Source of the DNA: Heteronotia binoei
Lineage: Eukaryota
Length of the DNA stretch: 64,000 nt
Assembly (NCBI RefSeq): GCF_032191835.1
Contig: NC_083233.1
Location: forward strand, 47,244,001 to 47,308,000
Reading direction: 5' to 3'
Below are positions 1-41,180 of the stretch, piece by piece (position 1 is the first letter of the stretch; each line of letters opens with the position of its first letter). The notes beneath the pieces were generated by a model. It was not told the DNA's origin, did no database searches, and saw only the letters and a program-made list of their open reading frames with translations. The translations under genes were made by a program, and so were the position numbers.

Positions 1-977
1 GGGCCACGGTGCCAGGAGGGTGTGGATAATGCCCACCCCTGTGTGAACACTGTGCTGGGCTTGATTGTGGGAGGTGGTATTACTGGGGTAGCACCTGGCC
101 TCATGCAAGGGGAACAAGGAAGCAGGTATGCGTTCCCTACCCTCGTTTACCAGTCACTGCATGGTCACCCCTTTGAGTAGAGCCTTAGGAGGTGAGATAG
201 GATTACACATTGAGACATGTTAGCCACACAGCATGGACTTTGCTCTCCCCATTGAATGGTTGCACTGAGGGCTCACCCAGTAGTGATAAGTGCCCTCTCT
301 ACTTTTCTCACTACCAAAGTGCCACAGCATTCGCTCTAAGTCCACACAGGGAGCTCTGAGACAGTCCTATGTTGCATACTGTACCTAATGAGTTCAGGCC
401 GAGGTTGTTGTAAGGCTGGGGGAGGGGATCTGGCTACCACAGGGGAGGCAGATGATTTGTTGTGTCTGTAGTTGCATCCTGGCTTCCTCTGGGCTGTTTG
501 GGTGTGTCTGCACCAGGGGTGGGTGGGGTGGGTGGTACTTGAGTTTTTGGCTTGTAAGGGCAACCGTGGGCTACAACATTTTTTTTTTTGCTGGTGTAAC
601 TTTCTGCTGCTGACTGGAGGTGGTGGTTTTTCCAGATTGAAACAGTGAAGAAAGGCAACTACCTCCTGCCATGCCCTCTAGGCCTGTCCACTTCCACACT
701 GGTGCAGGGACCTAGTCCACTGAGTGGCTGATGCAAATGCACACATTGGTTGTGAAAGCCACAGTTTGGGTTCTGTTCAACATTTCAGTAGGGATGATGA
801 GGACTCTCACAGATGAAAGGGCACACTGAGAGACTGTGGGATATAGAGAAGACCCTCCCATGTCTGTTGGGGTCTTTTTTCTGTTTAGGGCTTTTTGCAG
901 ATCAAAGGCAACACATCAGGTTGCCTTCTTCAGATTTCTCCAACATTTCACACTTATGTCCTATTTATTCATTCCAG

Positions 978-10011
<9,034 letters not shown>

Positions 10012-10390
10012 GCTCATCAGTGTATGATGTGAAGTCCCCAGCCCATTTTAGGAGTTAGATTTCCTTATTCAGGACAGCCAGTGCTGCTAAGAGACTTCTT
10101 GTTCATTCATTTTTATGTGCACATGTATTACAAGTGAATGAGATGACTTGACATAGAGGGCATCCTGCTGAAAGCATAATTTCACATGTAAATACAATAT
10201 CTGTGTGTGTGATGTAGCTAGTGTTATTTCTGTTGTAGCTGAAAATGGTGCAACCACAATGAGCCTTGAATGGCTGATATGTATACTGATCCTACTACTA
10301 CTTGCCAACTAAGCCTTTTTACTTCCAGTTGCGACTGTTTCAGCTTACAGGTTTTTGTTTACATATGTTGAAAAACTTGACCCAAATGTA

Positions 10391-10396
10391 AATAAA
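10391..10396 (+). terminator. TAF1 polyadenylation signal AATAAA
   Basis: AATAAA 380 nt after the stop, followed by a GU/U-rich stretch (gtgtggttgtttttgc). Confidence 0.7.
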
Positions 10397-10598
10397 CATT
10401 TTTTTAAAAAGCCAGTGTGGTTGTTTTTGCTTGCTACCCACTACCCTTCCTCCTATGTAACCAGCAGGTGAAAGTGGTAAGGGATCTTTTAACCCGTTTC
10501 ATGTTTGATCTTAGTATTATGTGTCCTTTGTTTGTGGATCCAGCCTGCTGTTACCCAAAGGAGGATGTATGATTTGGCTGGGCTGGTTGCCAGTATAT

Positions 10599-12084
10599 AT
10601 ATATATTTAAATTTTCAAAAACATTTTATTGAGCTTAATAAAAGCAAATACAAGGCAATCAATGACTGTATCACCAATCTTTGTGAATAAGCAAAAACAA
10701 TAAAATAATATACACAAAATAAAAACAAAACAAATACATAATTGGCAGCTGAATTAATAGATAACTATTTTGATCATATCCAGATGACATCAGATTGATA
10801 ATATCATAGTATCTATAAGGTATATGTGAACGCACTTGATCTACTGGGCCAAAAGAGAACTCAAGAAACGGAAGCCACTTGTACATCAGGGAATTGTTGT
10901 CTTCTGGGTCACTTGTACAACGTAAGCCGTCAGCTATCTTGTCCATTGCACAAACCTCCCAGATTTTTGCATACCAGATTTTAACCAAAGGAATATTGGG
11001 AGATTTCCAAAATTGAGCCAACACCATTTTAGCAGCAGTTAGTAAGAGATATCAGGGATTTGTTGAGTGACGTGATAGGAATACCTTTCCAGCAGTCTAA
11101 CAAAATGAGTTCCCATCTTAAGGGTAAACTGTAGCCCGTGATATCTTTGATTTTTGCTACAATCATTGCCCCAAAAGAATGCACCACCAGGCACGACCAC
11201 CAACAATGAATGAACGTGCCCTCATCTCCACAATCTTTCCAACATTTGGAAGATTGATTTATCGCAATGTGACTCAATCTCTGGGGTGTTAGGTACCACC
11301 TAAACAAAATTTTTTGTGTTTGCAATTGAATATTCAATGAATTTGAAGTGTATGAAGGGGAAGACCAGATTTGTTGCCAACCCTCCTCTTTAAAATTGAT
11401 TAAGTCATCCTGTTGCCAAATCACCTGGTAAGAAAGCAAATCAATGGTATCAATTTCAAGCAGTCCTTTATAATTAAATGAAATCAATCCCTTCCGCTTT
11501 AAAGAAGGTGAGAAAGGCAACGTTAGTCCCAAATCTGAACAATAGCTTTAAGAAAAAGATTGGATGGGATATGTGGTGATCTGTTCTTTGGAGATTCCCA
11601 TAATGTAGAGTGAAATGATTTGTTGCCTAGATAAGTTTCTTCCAGAACCTTCCAATCTGGATACAAAGCAAAATTATAGTATCTGATAAGACCACCTAAA
11701 ATGGCAGCTTCATAAAATTTGTGTAAGTTGGGAAGAGCCAAGCCACCTGAGAGTTTAGAACGAATAAGGGTAGAGTACCCTATTCTAGATAGGCCCTTAT
11801 TCCAAATATATCTTAAGAACGAACGCCACCAACCAGTGAATAAATCCTTGGGAATAAGAATAGGAATGGCTCAAAATAAAAACAAAAATTTGGGAAAAAT
11901 AAAAGTTTTAATAATCTGAATTTTTTCGTTCCAGGGAATGATGGAAGAATTCTTATTCTTTTGCAGATTAAGGATGTCTTTAATAAAAAGATGGTTGACC
12001 TTAAAAATATCGCCCAATCTTAAAGGAATATTAATCCCCGAATATGTCCAAAACCTATCAATTTTTTTAAAGTGGTACTTGGAA
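10599..12084 (-). mobile_element. 5'-truncated LINE-1 (ORF2 3' half, frameshifted)
   Basis: Minus-strand ORF fragments give IIKTFIFPKFLFLF, LALPNL..YY, KILFRWYLTPQRL, CWKDCGDEGTFIHCWWSC (L1 zinc knuckle). AT-rich tail at ~10600; 11-bp TSD tgccagtatat at 10588-10598 and 12085-12095. Confidence 0.88.
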
Positions 12085-12239
12085 TGCCAGTATATTTCGC
12101 AAGAGAACCAGGACTCTCTGCCTTCCTGGGAGCCCCTTATCACTAGACAGCTGCTTTGAGTTTCTTCACACACTACTAGTCAAACTGCAGGCTGTATGCA
12201 CACAAACTTAATAGTAAATATATTTAGGTTTGCTGCCTT

Positions 12240-14292
12240 ACAGCACAATTGGGGGGGGGGGTGCTGAAAGCGCTCTGAGAGCGGACTTGCCACTACGTGG
12301 GTGCCAGAAGCATTTGTGCCGACGTATGACCGGCGCCACCACAGTAGAGGGGAGTTATGTAGGGAGGGGGTTGCCCCAGCGCCGCTTTGCCTGAGAGCAG
12401 CAGCACCTGGGGGCTGAGCCCGAGAGTGAGCGGAAGTCAGGCGGAGCGTGGCGCTCAGGTCGAGAAGGGGGTAGAGTTGGGGGCGCGGCAGGCTTAGGCG
12501 GCTTCCTGAGCAGTCTGGGCCATAACATGCCCTCCCGAGAGGCGGAACGTTATGTCTACAAAAACAGTGGCATGTCCCATAGGCACTCGTTGAAACTAAA
12601 AACAAAGGTCGCCTCCGCCACTGTGGAAGCTCGCAAACCCCTTAGGGAGCAGCGTGATTGCCTCACCAATCCCCTCGTGCCTCGGCCTGGTGAGCCCCCT
12701 CCCCGGCGCCCAATCATGGTCCCCCCCTCCTAGAAATACTTCCATCTGCCTCGCACAACTCAGTTGTTAGGGAGAGGAGAGCATGGTGGAAGGCTCTGCT
12801 GGCTGGCTCCCTGCCATACGAACTTAGAGCGAGGAACAGGCAAGCATGTTGGTGATGGGGTTTGTACTATGCTGTAGCTTTGACTGTATCTTTGACTTGT
12901 GCGAGGGAGAGCGAGGTCTCTCCCCTGGGGCTAACTGCTCGTTTCCAGGTCTCCACAGGTTCCGGGCTTGCGGAGGCTCTGCATGCGAGCGAGGACTGTC
13001 GCCCATGCCTGGGTAAGTTCCACTGTACCCTTCCCTCGCTCTCGACCGCTTGGTGTGCGAGCGTCTCTGGCACTTGAACCAGGCAGTGGGCTCCGGCAGG
13101 GGGCATTGCTGAGCCCACTCCCCTGTGCTGCTGCCTGCCCCCTGCCGCATTCCCAACCCATGGAAGGGCATGGGGGGAAGGGGGCAGGATGTGTGGGAGC
13201 TGCCCCGATGCGGGGAGGTGGGGCAGAGACTGTCCCTTTAAGAGAACGCCTGGCTGAAACACAGCCTGCTCTTCCAGCTGCTGCCCCTGCAGGTGCTCTT
13301 GATCTCTGTCTCTGTTTGCAGGTGTAACTCCAACACAGAGGCTTCCACGTGTGTTGCTCCAATGCCCCCTCCCCCGCACTCCCTCAGCTATTTCTGCCTG
13401 CCACTCGGAATGGAGCCCCGCCCACGGCGAGACTGCCCAGTGCGCCCCAGGGAAACTGTTGCATTCTGTTCCGGAAAAATAGTCTGAGCTGTGCCCTCTG
13501 TTGTCTCTCCTGCTCGGCATTTGCTGCATGTTCCCGAGGCAAATCCACCCCCCTCGTCAGTGGCCTTTCTGAGGGAATGCCTGGGAGGGTGGGCAGACTT
13601 GGTTCTTGGGGAGGGGAATGGGCTATGAGCTGTCATGCTGCCCCCCGCGTGGCTGGACAGGGGAAGGGCGTGCCACCCCTCAGCCTGCCCGGGCTGATGG
13701 CCTACCTGACCCACAGGGCTGTTGTGCGCAGGGCACTAAGGGGGGGGGCTGCTGAAGTGGATGCATGCCCAGTGGCTCGCACTCTGAGTTCTGTGGCCCC
13801 ATGGGGAGGTGATCCTTGCACAAAGCAGAGGGTGGCAGCAAGGCAGCACCGGGGGGGGGGGGGGCTCCGAGTGGTGGTGGTGTCTTTTGGACTTGGTCTG
13901 CTTGCTCCCAGACACACATTCTAGCCATTGGGACTTCCTGCTTGTCCATGCATGCCTCTGCCCACCATTGGCAGTCTCTGACAGGAGTGGGGGGGACTTA
14001 TGGCCTCTCAGTCGTGGGGTTTCCACCCCCTCACCTAGTCTCGTGCAAGGTGCTGGCCAATCCTGTGGTCCCGTGCGAGCCTGTGCCTCCCCCACCCCTG
14101 CCTCGGCAGCAGGCCAATGGCATGCACCTGGGCAGAATCACCATGGCAACGGGTTCTCTCTCACTCATTGGGCTGCTCTTCCCCTTCCAAGCGTGGCGTG
14201 CTGTGCTGTCTCCCCTTTGGGAGCCATGGCCACCGATGCTAGTTCTGCACTTGAGTGCGGCTACACGGCGGTTCTCTGGATTGGGCTGCCCA
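12240..14292. mobile_element. ~2 kb GC-rich insertion, probable non-autonomous DNA transposon (Harbinger-related?)
   Basis: Sharp GC/CpG rise. Ends are (tta)cagcacaat and tctggattgggctgccca; the latter is the exact reverse complement of 43572-43589, the start of the Harbinger element. No recognisable protein. Confidence 0.5.
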
Positions 14293-14326
14293 ACTCCTTT
14301 CATACACAACGGGGGCAACAGTAGGG

Positions 14327-14518
14327 CAATGTTCCCTCTAAACTGCAGAGTCTTGTGAGCAAAAATTCTACTTTATGAGCTACTGGCATTAAAGTTGTGA
14401 GCTACTGCATAAATTATAGTGTGCTCTGGGGTCATCCTTCCTGAGCTAAGAAAAGTGTGAGCTGGAGGCTAAAAATCTGTGAGCTAGCTCACGCTAACTC
14501 AGCTTAGAAGGAACATTG
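14327..14518. mobile_element. hAT-type MITE (caatgttccctctaa family)
   Basis: TIR caatgttccctctaa / ttagaaggaacattg; same family as 42270-42465; no TSD here. Confidence 0.75.
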
Positions 14519-15414
14519 GCTGTGTATGCCCTGGTTGTTACAGTAGTACTAAAAAACTTGTGTCCAGTAGTACGTTAAAGATGAACAAAATTTCCCGGAA
14601 TATAAACTTTAGTGAATGAAAGATCAAACTGTCAGATAAGGATCTGAAAAAGTGAGCTGACTTACGAAAGCTTATATAGCATGGAAAATGTTGGTAGAAG
14701 GTGCTCCTGGACTCGAATTTTGTTCTATTAGTATCAAGTGATACGTCTACCCGCCTGAAACTAGATTCGTAGTCTGAACGTAATGGCTCCTCCGAGGGAG
14801 GGGACACACCATTTAGTCTCTTTCTGAGCCTAACAAAACTGAGCGCAGTTTTAATATTTTGTTTTCTCTCTGACTCTTAGTCAGGCCTCTAAAAAGATCT
14901 CGCCACTTCCTCAGTAGTCCCGTAAACATTTCACCGAGAGGACCTGGCTGCCCTTAGGCCCCGCCATTGTCGAATTCCCGCCGTTTCCTTTCCCATCAGT
15001 CTCCACGAAGCCGTCTCGCCATGACGCCCCGGATGTAGCCTTGGAGGGGGAGGAGAGACAAGGCCTTTGAGGCGCATGTGTGTTGCGCTAATGTGTCGCA
15101 GAGCCGATCTAGCGGAAGAACATTAGGGGGAAAAACTAATCGTCGTTTATTCACATTAAAACAATTCTTGTTAGAGCCAGTGCAAAATAACGACACAGGA
15201 TTATAAGGCGCAGCAAACGCGCCGGACTTAATGTTTTGCCTCCGCCGTGGCTTTCTTACAGTCCGGATGTCATTTTTCTATATCGCAGGGACTACTTTGT
15301 GAAAAGAAGATCCGGCGGCACCCGCCCAGAGTCAGCGTTCCCCGTGCAGCCGCCATTTCAGGAGGTGCACCCTGACGGCTGAGAGAATCGGTGGGGCGCC
15401 TGAGAGCAGGAACT

Positions 15415-35787
<20,373 letters not shown>

Positions 35788-35805
35788 AGAACTTCAGCCC
35801 TTGAG

Positions 35806-35811
35806 AATAAA
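35806..35811 (+). terminator. OGT proximal AATAAA (further AATAAA at 36557-36562)
   Basis: Canonical hexamers downstream of the stop; which one is used cannot be told from sequence. Confidence 0.45.
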
Positions 35812-38364
35812 AACCCTTCAGGAAATGTCTGATTCCTGAGCAGAAGCAATGGGGAGCCACAGACTCCATATCTGCTTAATCTGCCTGCTTCTCTTACCAG
35901 ATGTGATCTGTGGTAGTTATCGAAGAGCACAGCCGGACTCATCTCCTGCATGATGGGGAGATGAGAAATTTTGTATCCCTTGGGGAGTTTGCAGTTGAGC
36001 TGTGTGGCCTTGCTGTGTGCCTGCAGGGAAAGGTGTGAAATGCCCAGGCAATTGTGATTTCATGGGTTAAGTTTTCCTGTGAATTAGATTTTTCTCTTCC
36101 TGCATCGATTTGGAATTGGAGCTTTTTAATATTTGGTTTTCAGGTATTCCTGTTGGTACGTATGTGGGGTTCCTCTGGCAAGATTTCTGGCTAGTGAGTG
36201 TTGCTCCTCTCAGATATTTTTCTGAGCTCTACTGACTGAAGGGTGTCTGCTGGTGAAGCTTTTTTATAGGTTTTATAAACCACTTAAGCGTATCAGCTTC
36301 ATTACTGTTTGACTTCTCTTTTGTGGACTTTTCTGTGCCATCTTGACTTAGATGAGGATTTTTAAAGCTTCATCTGTGTAAATTAATTTCAAGATGACAT
36401 CTTTTCTCTGCGAAAATTAAACTCAGTTTAAAGCTTATTCTTCCCTTCCCTCCCCCCAATACATGGAGAGAACACAACTGGGTGCCAAATGCATATTCTT
36501 CAGGAATGATAGCTACAGAGGTGCAGGCCTAGCCACTGTAGCAAATACTTTATAAAAATAAAAGCATTTGTTCAGTTTGGCCCATCAGACATGTTTCACT
36601 GTTCAAGCTTGTCAAAACAATGATGTATTTGGCCACTGGCCTCTTGACGTACTTTTCTAAGCTTCGTTTTTAAAAATGCGGCTCTTCTGTTCACCTCAGC
36701 ACAAATGCAATTCCAGGTAAGTATGGATTTTCTTTTCAGTGTCTGCCTCCAGTTTGAACAGCTTTTACCATGGTGTGTTTCTTGGCAGAGCTCCCAGAAT
36801 TTTTTTGGTTTGGTTATTTGAGAGTGCAAGACATTTAATTTATATATTAAATGAGCAAGACAGAATCATTCTTAATCTCTTCACCTACTTTGTCTGCAGG
36901 TTCTAAACAAAGCAGTGTCACTGTGGTTGGTTGTGCTGCACACGGATATATGGTATTAGATAATAGAGAAAGTTCCCTACACATACTTTTCCAACACACC
37001 CATTAGTAGACTCAGTTGATGGTGCTCAGGTATTTAACCCTGAGATATGCTTGACTGCAGTGCCAGTGGTCTTTGTTTTAGTAGCAGTTCAGTTGAGCAA
37101 GACACATGTGAGGCCCTGTGCTCAAATTGTTTCTCTACAACAGCAGTGTGCTGCTTGTTATGGCAGGTGAGGAGGACTTCTAACTCTTGCCTCTTATTGA
37201 GAGAACGTCTTAGGAGCTGATGCTGCAGCTTGAGTACACATACACCTGGATTAAATTGAAATTTGGAGTAGAGGTTAAATTAGAAACTGTCCTCAACAGA
37301 TTAAGCACTGTGTGTAGTTTTAAAATGAGAGAAGGGAATTTCCCGCCTCGAGAGTGCAGCTGTTTTTACTTGCTTGCTCACTGTATCAGTTTTTGTTTCC
37401 AGATAACTGTATGACAAATACAAATGAAAATCACTGGCTTCTTCTGTGTTGTCATCATTTGGGTGGCTGGGATCTGAAATCTGCTTTTCTTGGTAATGGT
37501 TCTAAATGAGAACATAAACCTGTGGGGATCAGCATCAGCAGTCATACACCATCAGGACAGTACAACTGGAAGAAGAGTAGGGTTTTATAACCTGCTTTTC
37601 TTTACGTCTCAAAGCAGTTTGCAGTCATATTCCTTTCCTTTCTCTCCCCCAGCAGGCACCTTGTGAGGTAGGTGGGGCCGAGATATGAGAGAACCGTGAC
37701 TGCCCCAAGACCATCCAGCGGGCTTCATATAGAGCGAGGAACTGAATCTGGTTCACCAGATAATGTGCCGGTGCACTAGCACTTTAACAAAGGAGTTAAG
37801 CAACGCTGCATCCTGGCCGCTTTTTAACTACTAAATCAACTTGGTGCAGCATCTAAAAAATCCAAGCTTTCATTTTCCAGAGCTTGTTGGTAAAATGATT
37901 CCTGCCTTATTGTATGTAGATCCCATTCACAAGTGGACTTTAGGAAAGCATTGTGCCGTTACTGCATACTTTAAAGAGGAGCAGATAAATGACCAGAAGT
38001 CCTCATCTTTACCCAAAAACATCAAAATTATAGGTGACAAATAGAAACCACAACATCGAACAATAACAACAAAAGTCTTTAAATATCTTGGCATAGTCTT
38101 ACAATCACCTGGATGTTAGCTCAGGCAATGCATGCTGCAGAGACTGCCCACAGAGCATCCTCTGCCATTCTAAGATTATGCTTTATCCCTACAGCAATCA
38201 AGGTCTTCCAAGGAAAGGTTACCCAGCTCTTATATGACTCCTAGCTTTGTATTTACAAAGAAAGGTGTTTACTGGAAGCAAGTACCCACAAACAGCCTTT
38301 GGAGTCCATGATGTTTTGCAAATGCCCTTCTTAGAGGCTAGGCTGATCTTGGAGATACATATGT

Positions 38365-38628
38365 GAAGAAGAGATTGAATTTATACTCCACCCTTCACTA
38401 CTAGAAATCTCCAAGCAACTTACAATTTCCTTCCCCTCCCCACAACAGATGTGCTGCAAAGTAGGTAAAGCTAAGAGCTCTAACAGAAACTGATCTTGAG
38501 GAACAGCTTTACAAGAACTTGTAACTGACTCAAGGTCACATCAGCAGGTACATGTGGAGGAGTGGGGAATCAAACCAGGTTCTCCCAGGTAAGAACCTGT
38601 GTACTTAACCACTAGACCAAACTGGCTA
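38365..38628 (-). mobile_element. Squam3-type SINE (older copy; another degraded copy at ~37570-37790)
   Basis: gaagaagagattgaatttata...ggggaatcaaaccaggttctccc...aaccactagaccaaactggct. Confidence 0.75.
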
Positions 38629-38889
38629 CTAGTGTCCACCTGCTGGCTATAAATCATTTTCAACCCAGTAGGTCTAGTATCCTTGATCCTTGCTGAGGGC
38701 CACCGCTCAATCTGGCAAAGAGCAATTGAGCATGGCGTCTCCCACGTTTTACTGCCTCTCGGGTATCAAAAAGCAAAACAATTGAACAGCAGTTCTGGGA
38801 TCATGCCCTGTAATTAGATATTAATGATAAGGGAAATCACAGTAATCAGGCAGTGTCAAGCAAAAAATACAATAATTGACATTTAGCTA

Positions 38890-38995
38890 AATGACTGGGG
38901 AAGGCAATGGCAAACTACCCCATAAAAAGTCTGCCGTGAAAGCAATGTCACCCCAGAGTCGAAAACGACGGGTGCTGACCACCTTTACCTTTTTA
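38890..38995 (+). mobile_element. Sauria SINE 3' fragment
   Basis: ctggggaaggcaatggcaaac...cacctttacctttt. Confidence 0.7.
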
Positions 38996-40199
38996 AAAAA
39001 ATGTATATACCATACCACAAGTATACTTTGAAAATTCTTTGTCTATAATAGAGTTAGGTGTTAATGATTTTTCAACAATGTTAAATCTTTCATCCTTTTG
39101 CACACATTACTCTAGAAAAGTCTCCACTTGGTCAGTTCTATAAGGACCAAGAGCACTTTCAAAATGCCATCTGTGGGAAAACCTGATAACTCAGAGGCTG
39201 CCATATTAAACTTAAAAAAGTACACATTTTGAAATCCAGAGATGCTCCTCTAGGTCATCCTCAACAGAAAGGAGATACATGGAAGACTTTAAAGTAAAAA
39301 GCAAACAAAAAACAAAGCTAACTATTGAACATTCACAAATTTCTCAAGATTAACAGAAGCAAGGGCCTTTGGGCAAGCCAAAGAAATATGTGCACATAGG
39401 AAAGAATTTATTTTTTCACCACTGGCTGAGAAGCAGGCTTTGCTAGGAGTTTCTCCAGGAGTGTGAAGTTATACTAAATACAATCTTTTAACAAGAACCA
39501 AACTCACAAAACTGCTTTTTGTCTAAATGCAGTGACCAAATTTATTCTAGCAGCCTCATATTGCAATTGCCAGAACTGGCATCTCAAATAGTGTTCTTTC
39601 TGGGTTCACAGTAGTTTTGGAAAGCTGTTAAAATCTCTTACCAGGGTCTCATTAGGATGTGCAAACACACCTTGCAAATTTAAAGGGCTTTGTCTCTAGC
39701 AAACTTTTATGGGCTTTGTCTCCTATGCAGTGAAGCAAGACTGCAATTTTTTTAATCCCCAGGCTTGTTTTCAGCCTTGGTGACCTCAAGGTACAGTTTC
39801 AACTTTTGTTCCTGTCTGCAGTTCTCTAAATTTCCGGGAAAGGATAAAACTCATGGAGACTTTAAATGCTTCATTGCTTTAGAAGGGATGCAATCTGGAA
39901 CCTTCCTGTTCAGTGCTGGAGATCCAGGCCAACTTGACACCATATAATGCCTCCTTTTGGCTGTGACTTTCCAAGTTAAGGTAGTAAGGGCAATCGTTCT
40001 CAGGTCCATTCTATTTACAAACAATTTCAACTAGCAGGAAAAAAGGTGGAGCTCCACCCAAGAGAACCAAACCAAGTCATACACTGATATTGAAGGAGGA
40101 GCGCAATGTTCCGTTACAGATATACAATGAATATATATACCACAGTAAGCAAATACCGGCTCCAGTGGCAGTCTCTATGGTCTTAATGAAATGAAGATG

Positions 40200-40890
40200 A
40201 CTATGAACCACGCCTACACTATGGCACAAGGCGCCTGACCATGCACTCGCTGAAATTCCGCACTCGATCACTGCGTTTCATGGGGCTGTTTCTTTGCTCC
40301 CCAGGGAACATCAATAAACCCATATCTAGGTTAAGCTCCCATTAAATACGGTCCTGTAGCGTTTTCGAAAAGAGCTGCGTTCTTTCCTCATAGTTTTACA
40401 GGCACTAACTATACATGCTGCCGCGAAGGCTTGCCAGATATTGCAGCGTGCGTGTCTGTCCGAGCCGCTTGCCAGATATTGCAGCGTGCGTGTCTGTCCG
40501 AGCCGCTTCTCTCCTCCGACCCCCCCCCCCGTTGTCACAGTAACAGTGGAACCAATGTCCGCTGAAAGGACTGTTGCGGGTTCCACCCCCTTTGCAATCA
40601 GGCGAGTGTTTGCCGTTTAAGACGCTAACGGCCACGCAGGGCAGCGGACAGCAAGGGAAGGCGAGTGAAAGAAGGAGCAGGGAGTGGCTGGGTTTAAAGA
40701 TTTTATCCTTCGCTGCCCGGAAAAGGGGACGATGCCATCTTGGGGGCGTGGCTGGCACTGAACGCTGCCGCGGTCATGCGAATGCGCGTTGCCAGGGATA
40801 TGCGGCCTAGGGGGCGGGGCCAATGAGATCGTATTTTTTGACGGCAACTCGGAGCTCCGCAGTTTCACCTCGCCCAGTTAGTTGCTATGC
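40200..40890 (+). promoter_or_regulatory. CpG-island promoter, probably of the centrin-like gene
   Basis: GC box 40811-40820; CCAAT 40820-40824; RFX X-box-like gttgccagggata 40788-40800, acggcaac 40841-40848 and gttgctatg 40881-40889. RFX control is typical of ciliary/centrosomal genes. Confidence 0.6.
40429..40508. repeat. Perfect 38-bp tandem duplication
   Basis: gcttgccagatattgcagcgtgcgtgtctgtccgagcc at 40429-40466 and 40467-40504, plus gctt. Confidence 0.95.
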
Positions 40891-40895
40891 TTTTA

Positions 40896-41180
40896 AAAAG
40901 GTGAAGGTAGTCCCCTGTGCAAGCACTAGTCGTTTCCGACTCTGGGGTGACGTATCACGACGTTTTCACGGCAGACTTTTTACGGGGTGGTTTGCCATTG
41001 CCTTCCCCAGTCATCTACGCTCCCCCCCCCCCCCCAGCAAGCTGGGTACTCATTTTACCGACTTCGGTAGGCTGAGTTAACCTCGAGCCGGCTACCTGAA
41101 CCCAGCTTACACTGGGATAGAACTCAGATCATGAGCAGAGAGCTTGAATTGCAGTTTTACCACTCTGCACTACGAGGCTC
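40896..41180 (-). mobile_element. Sauria SINE (CpG-retaining)
   Basis: Full-length body with CpGs intact; imperfect TSD gctatgctttta (40884-40895) / gttatgcgttta (41186-41197). Confidence 0.85.

Noticed and set aside
1-760. GC-richer stretch at the window start that may be the end of another DNA transposon
   Set aside because: Only a degenerate terminus-like word (attggttgtgaa) is visible; the other end lies outside the window.
12180-14358. Many overlapping long ORFs (up to 220 aa) in the GC-rich element
   Set aside because: Low-complexity P/G/R/A-rich translations on both strands, expected from high GC; no domain motifs or splice structure.
36713-36724. ATACTTACCTGG on the minus strand (U1 snRNA 5' end)
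   Set aside because: The match stops after 12 nt, so it is a U1 binding site on + rather than a U1 gene or pseudogene.
36596-36829. Minus-strand ORF with protein-like composition (KKFWELCQ...HCFDKLEQ)
   Set aside because: No ATG start, no convincing splice bounds, no family match; it is antisense to the region downstream of the OGT stop.
38040-38345. Degenerate LINE RT fragment (FKYLG...)
   Set aside because: Too decayed to assign a clade or boundaries.
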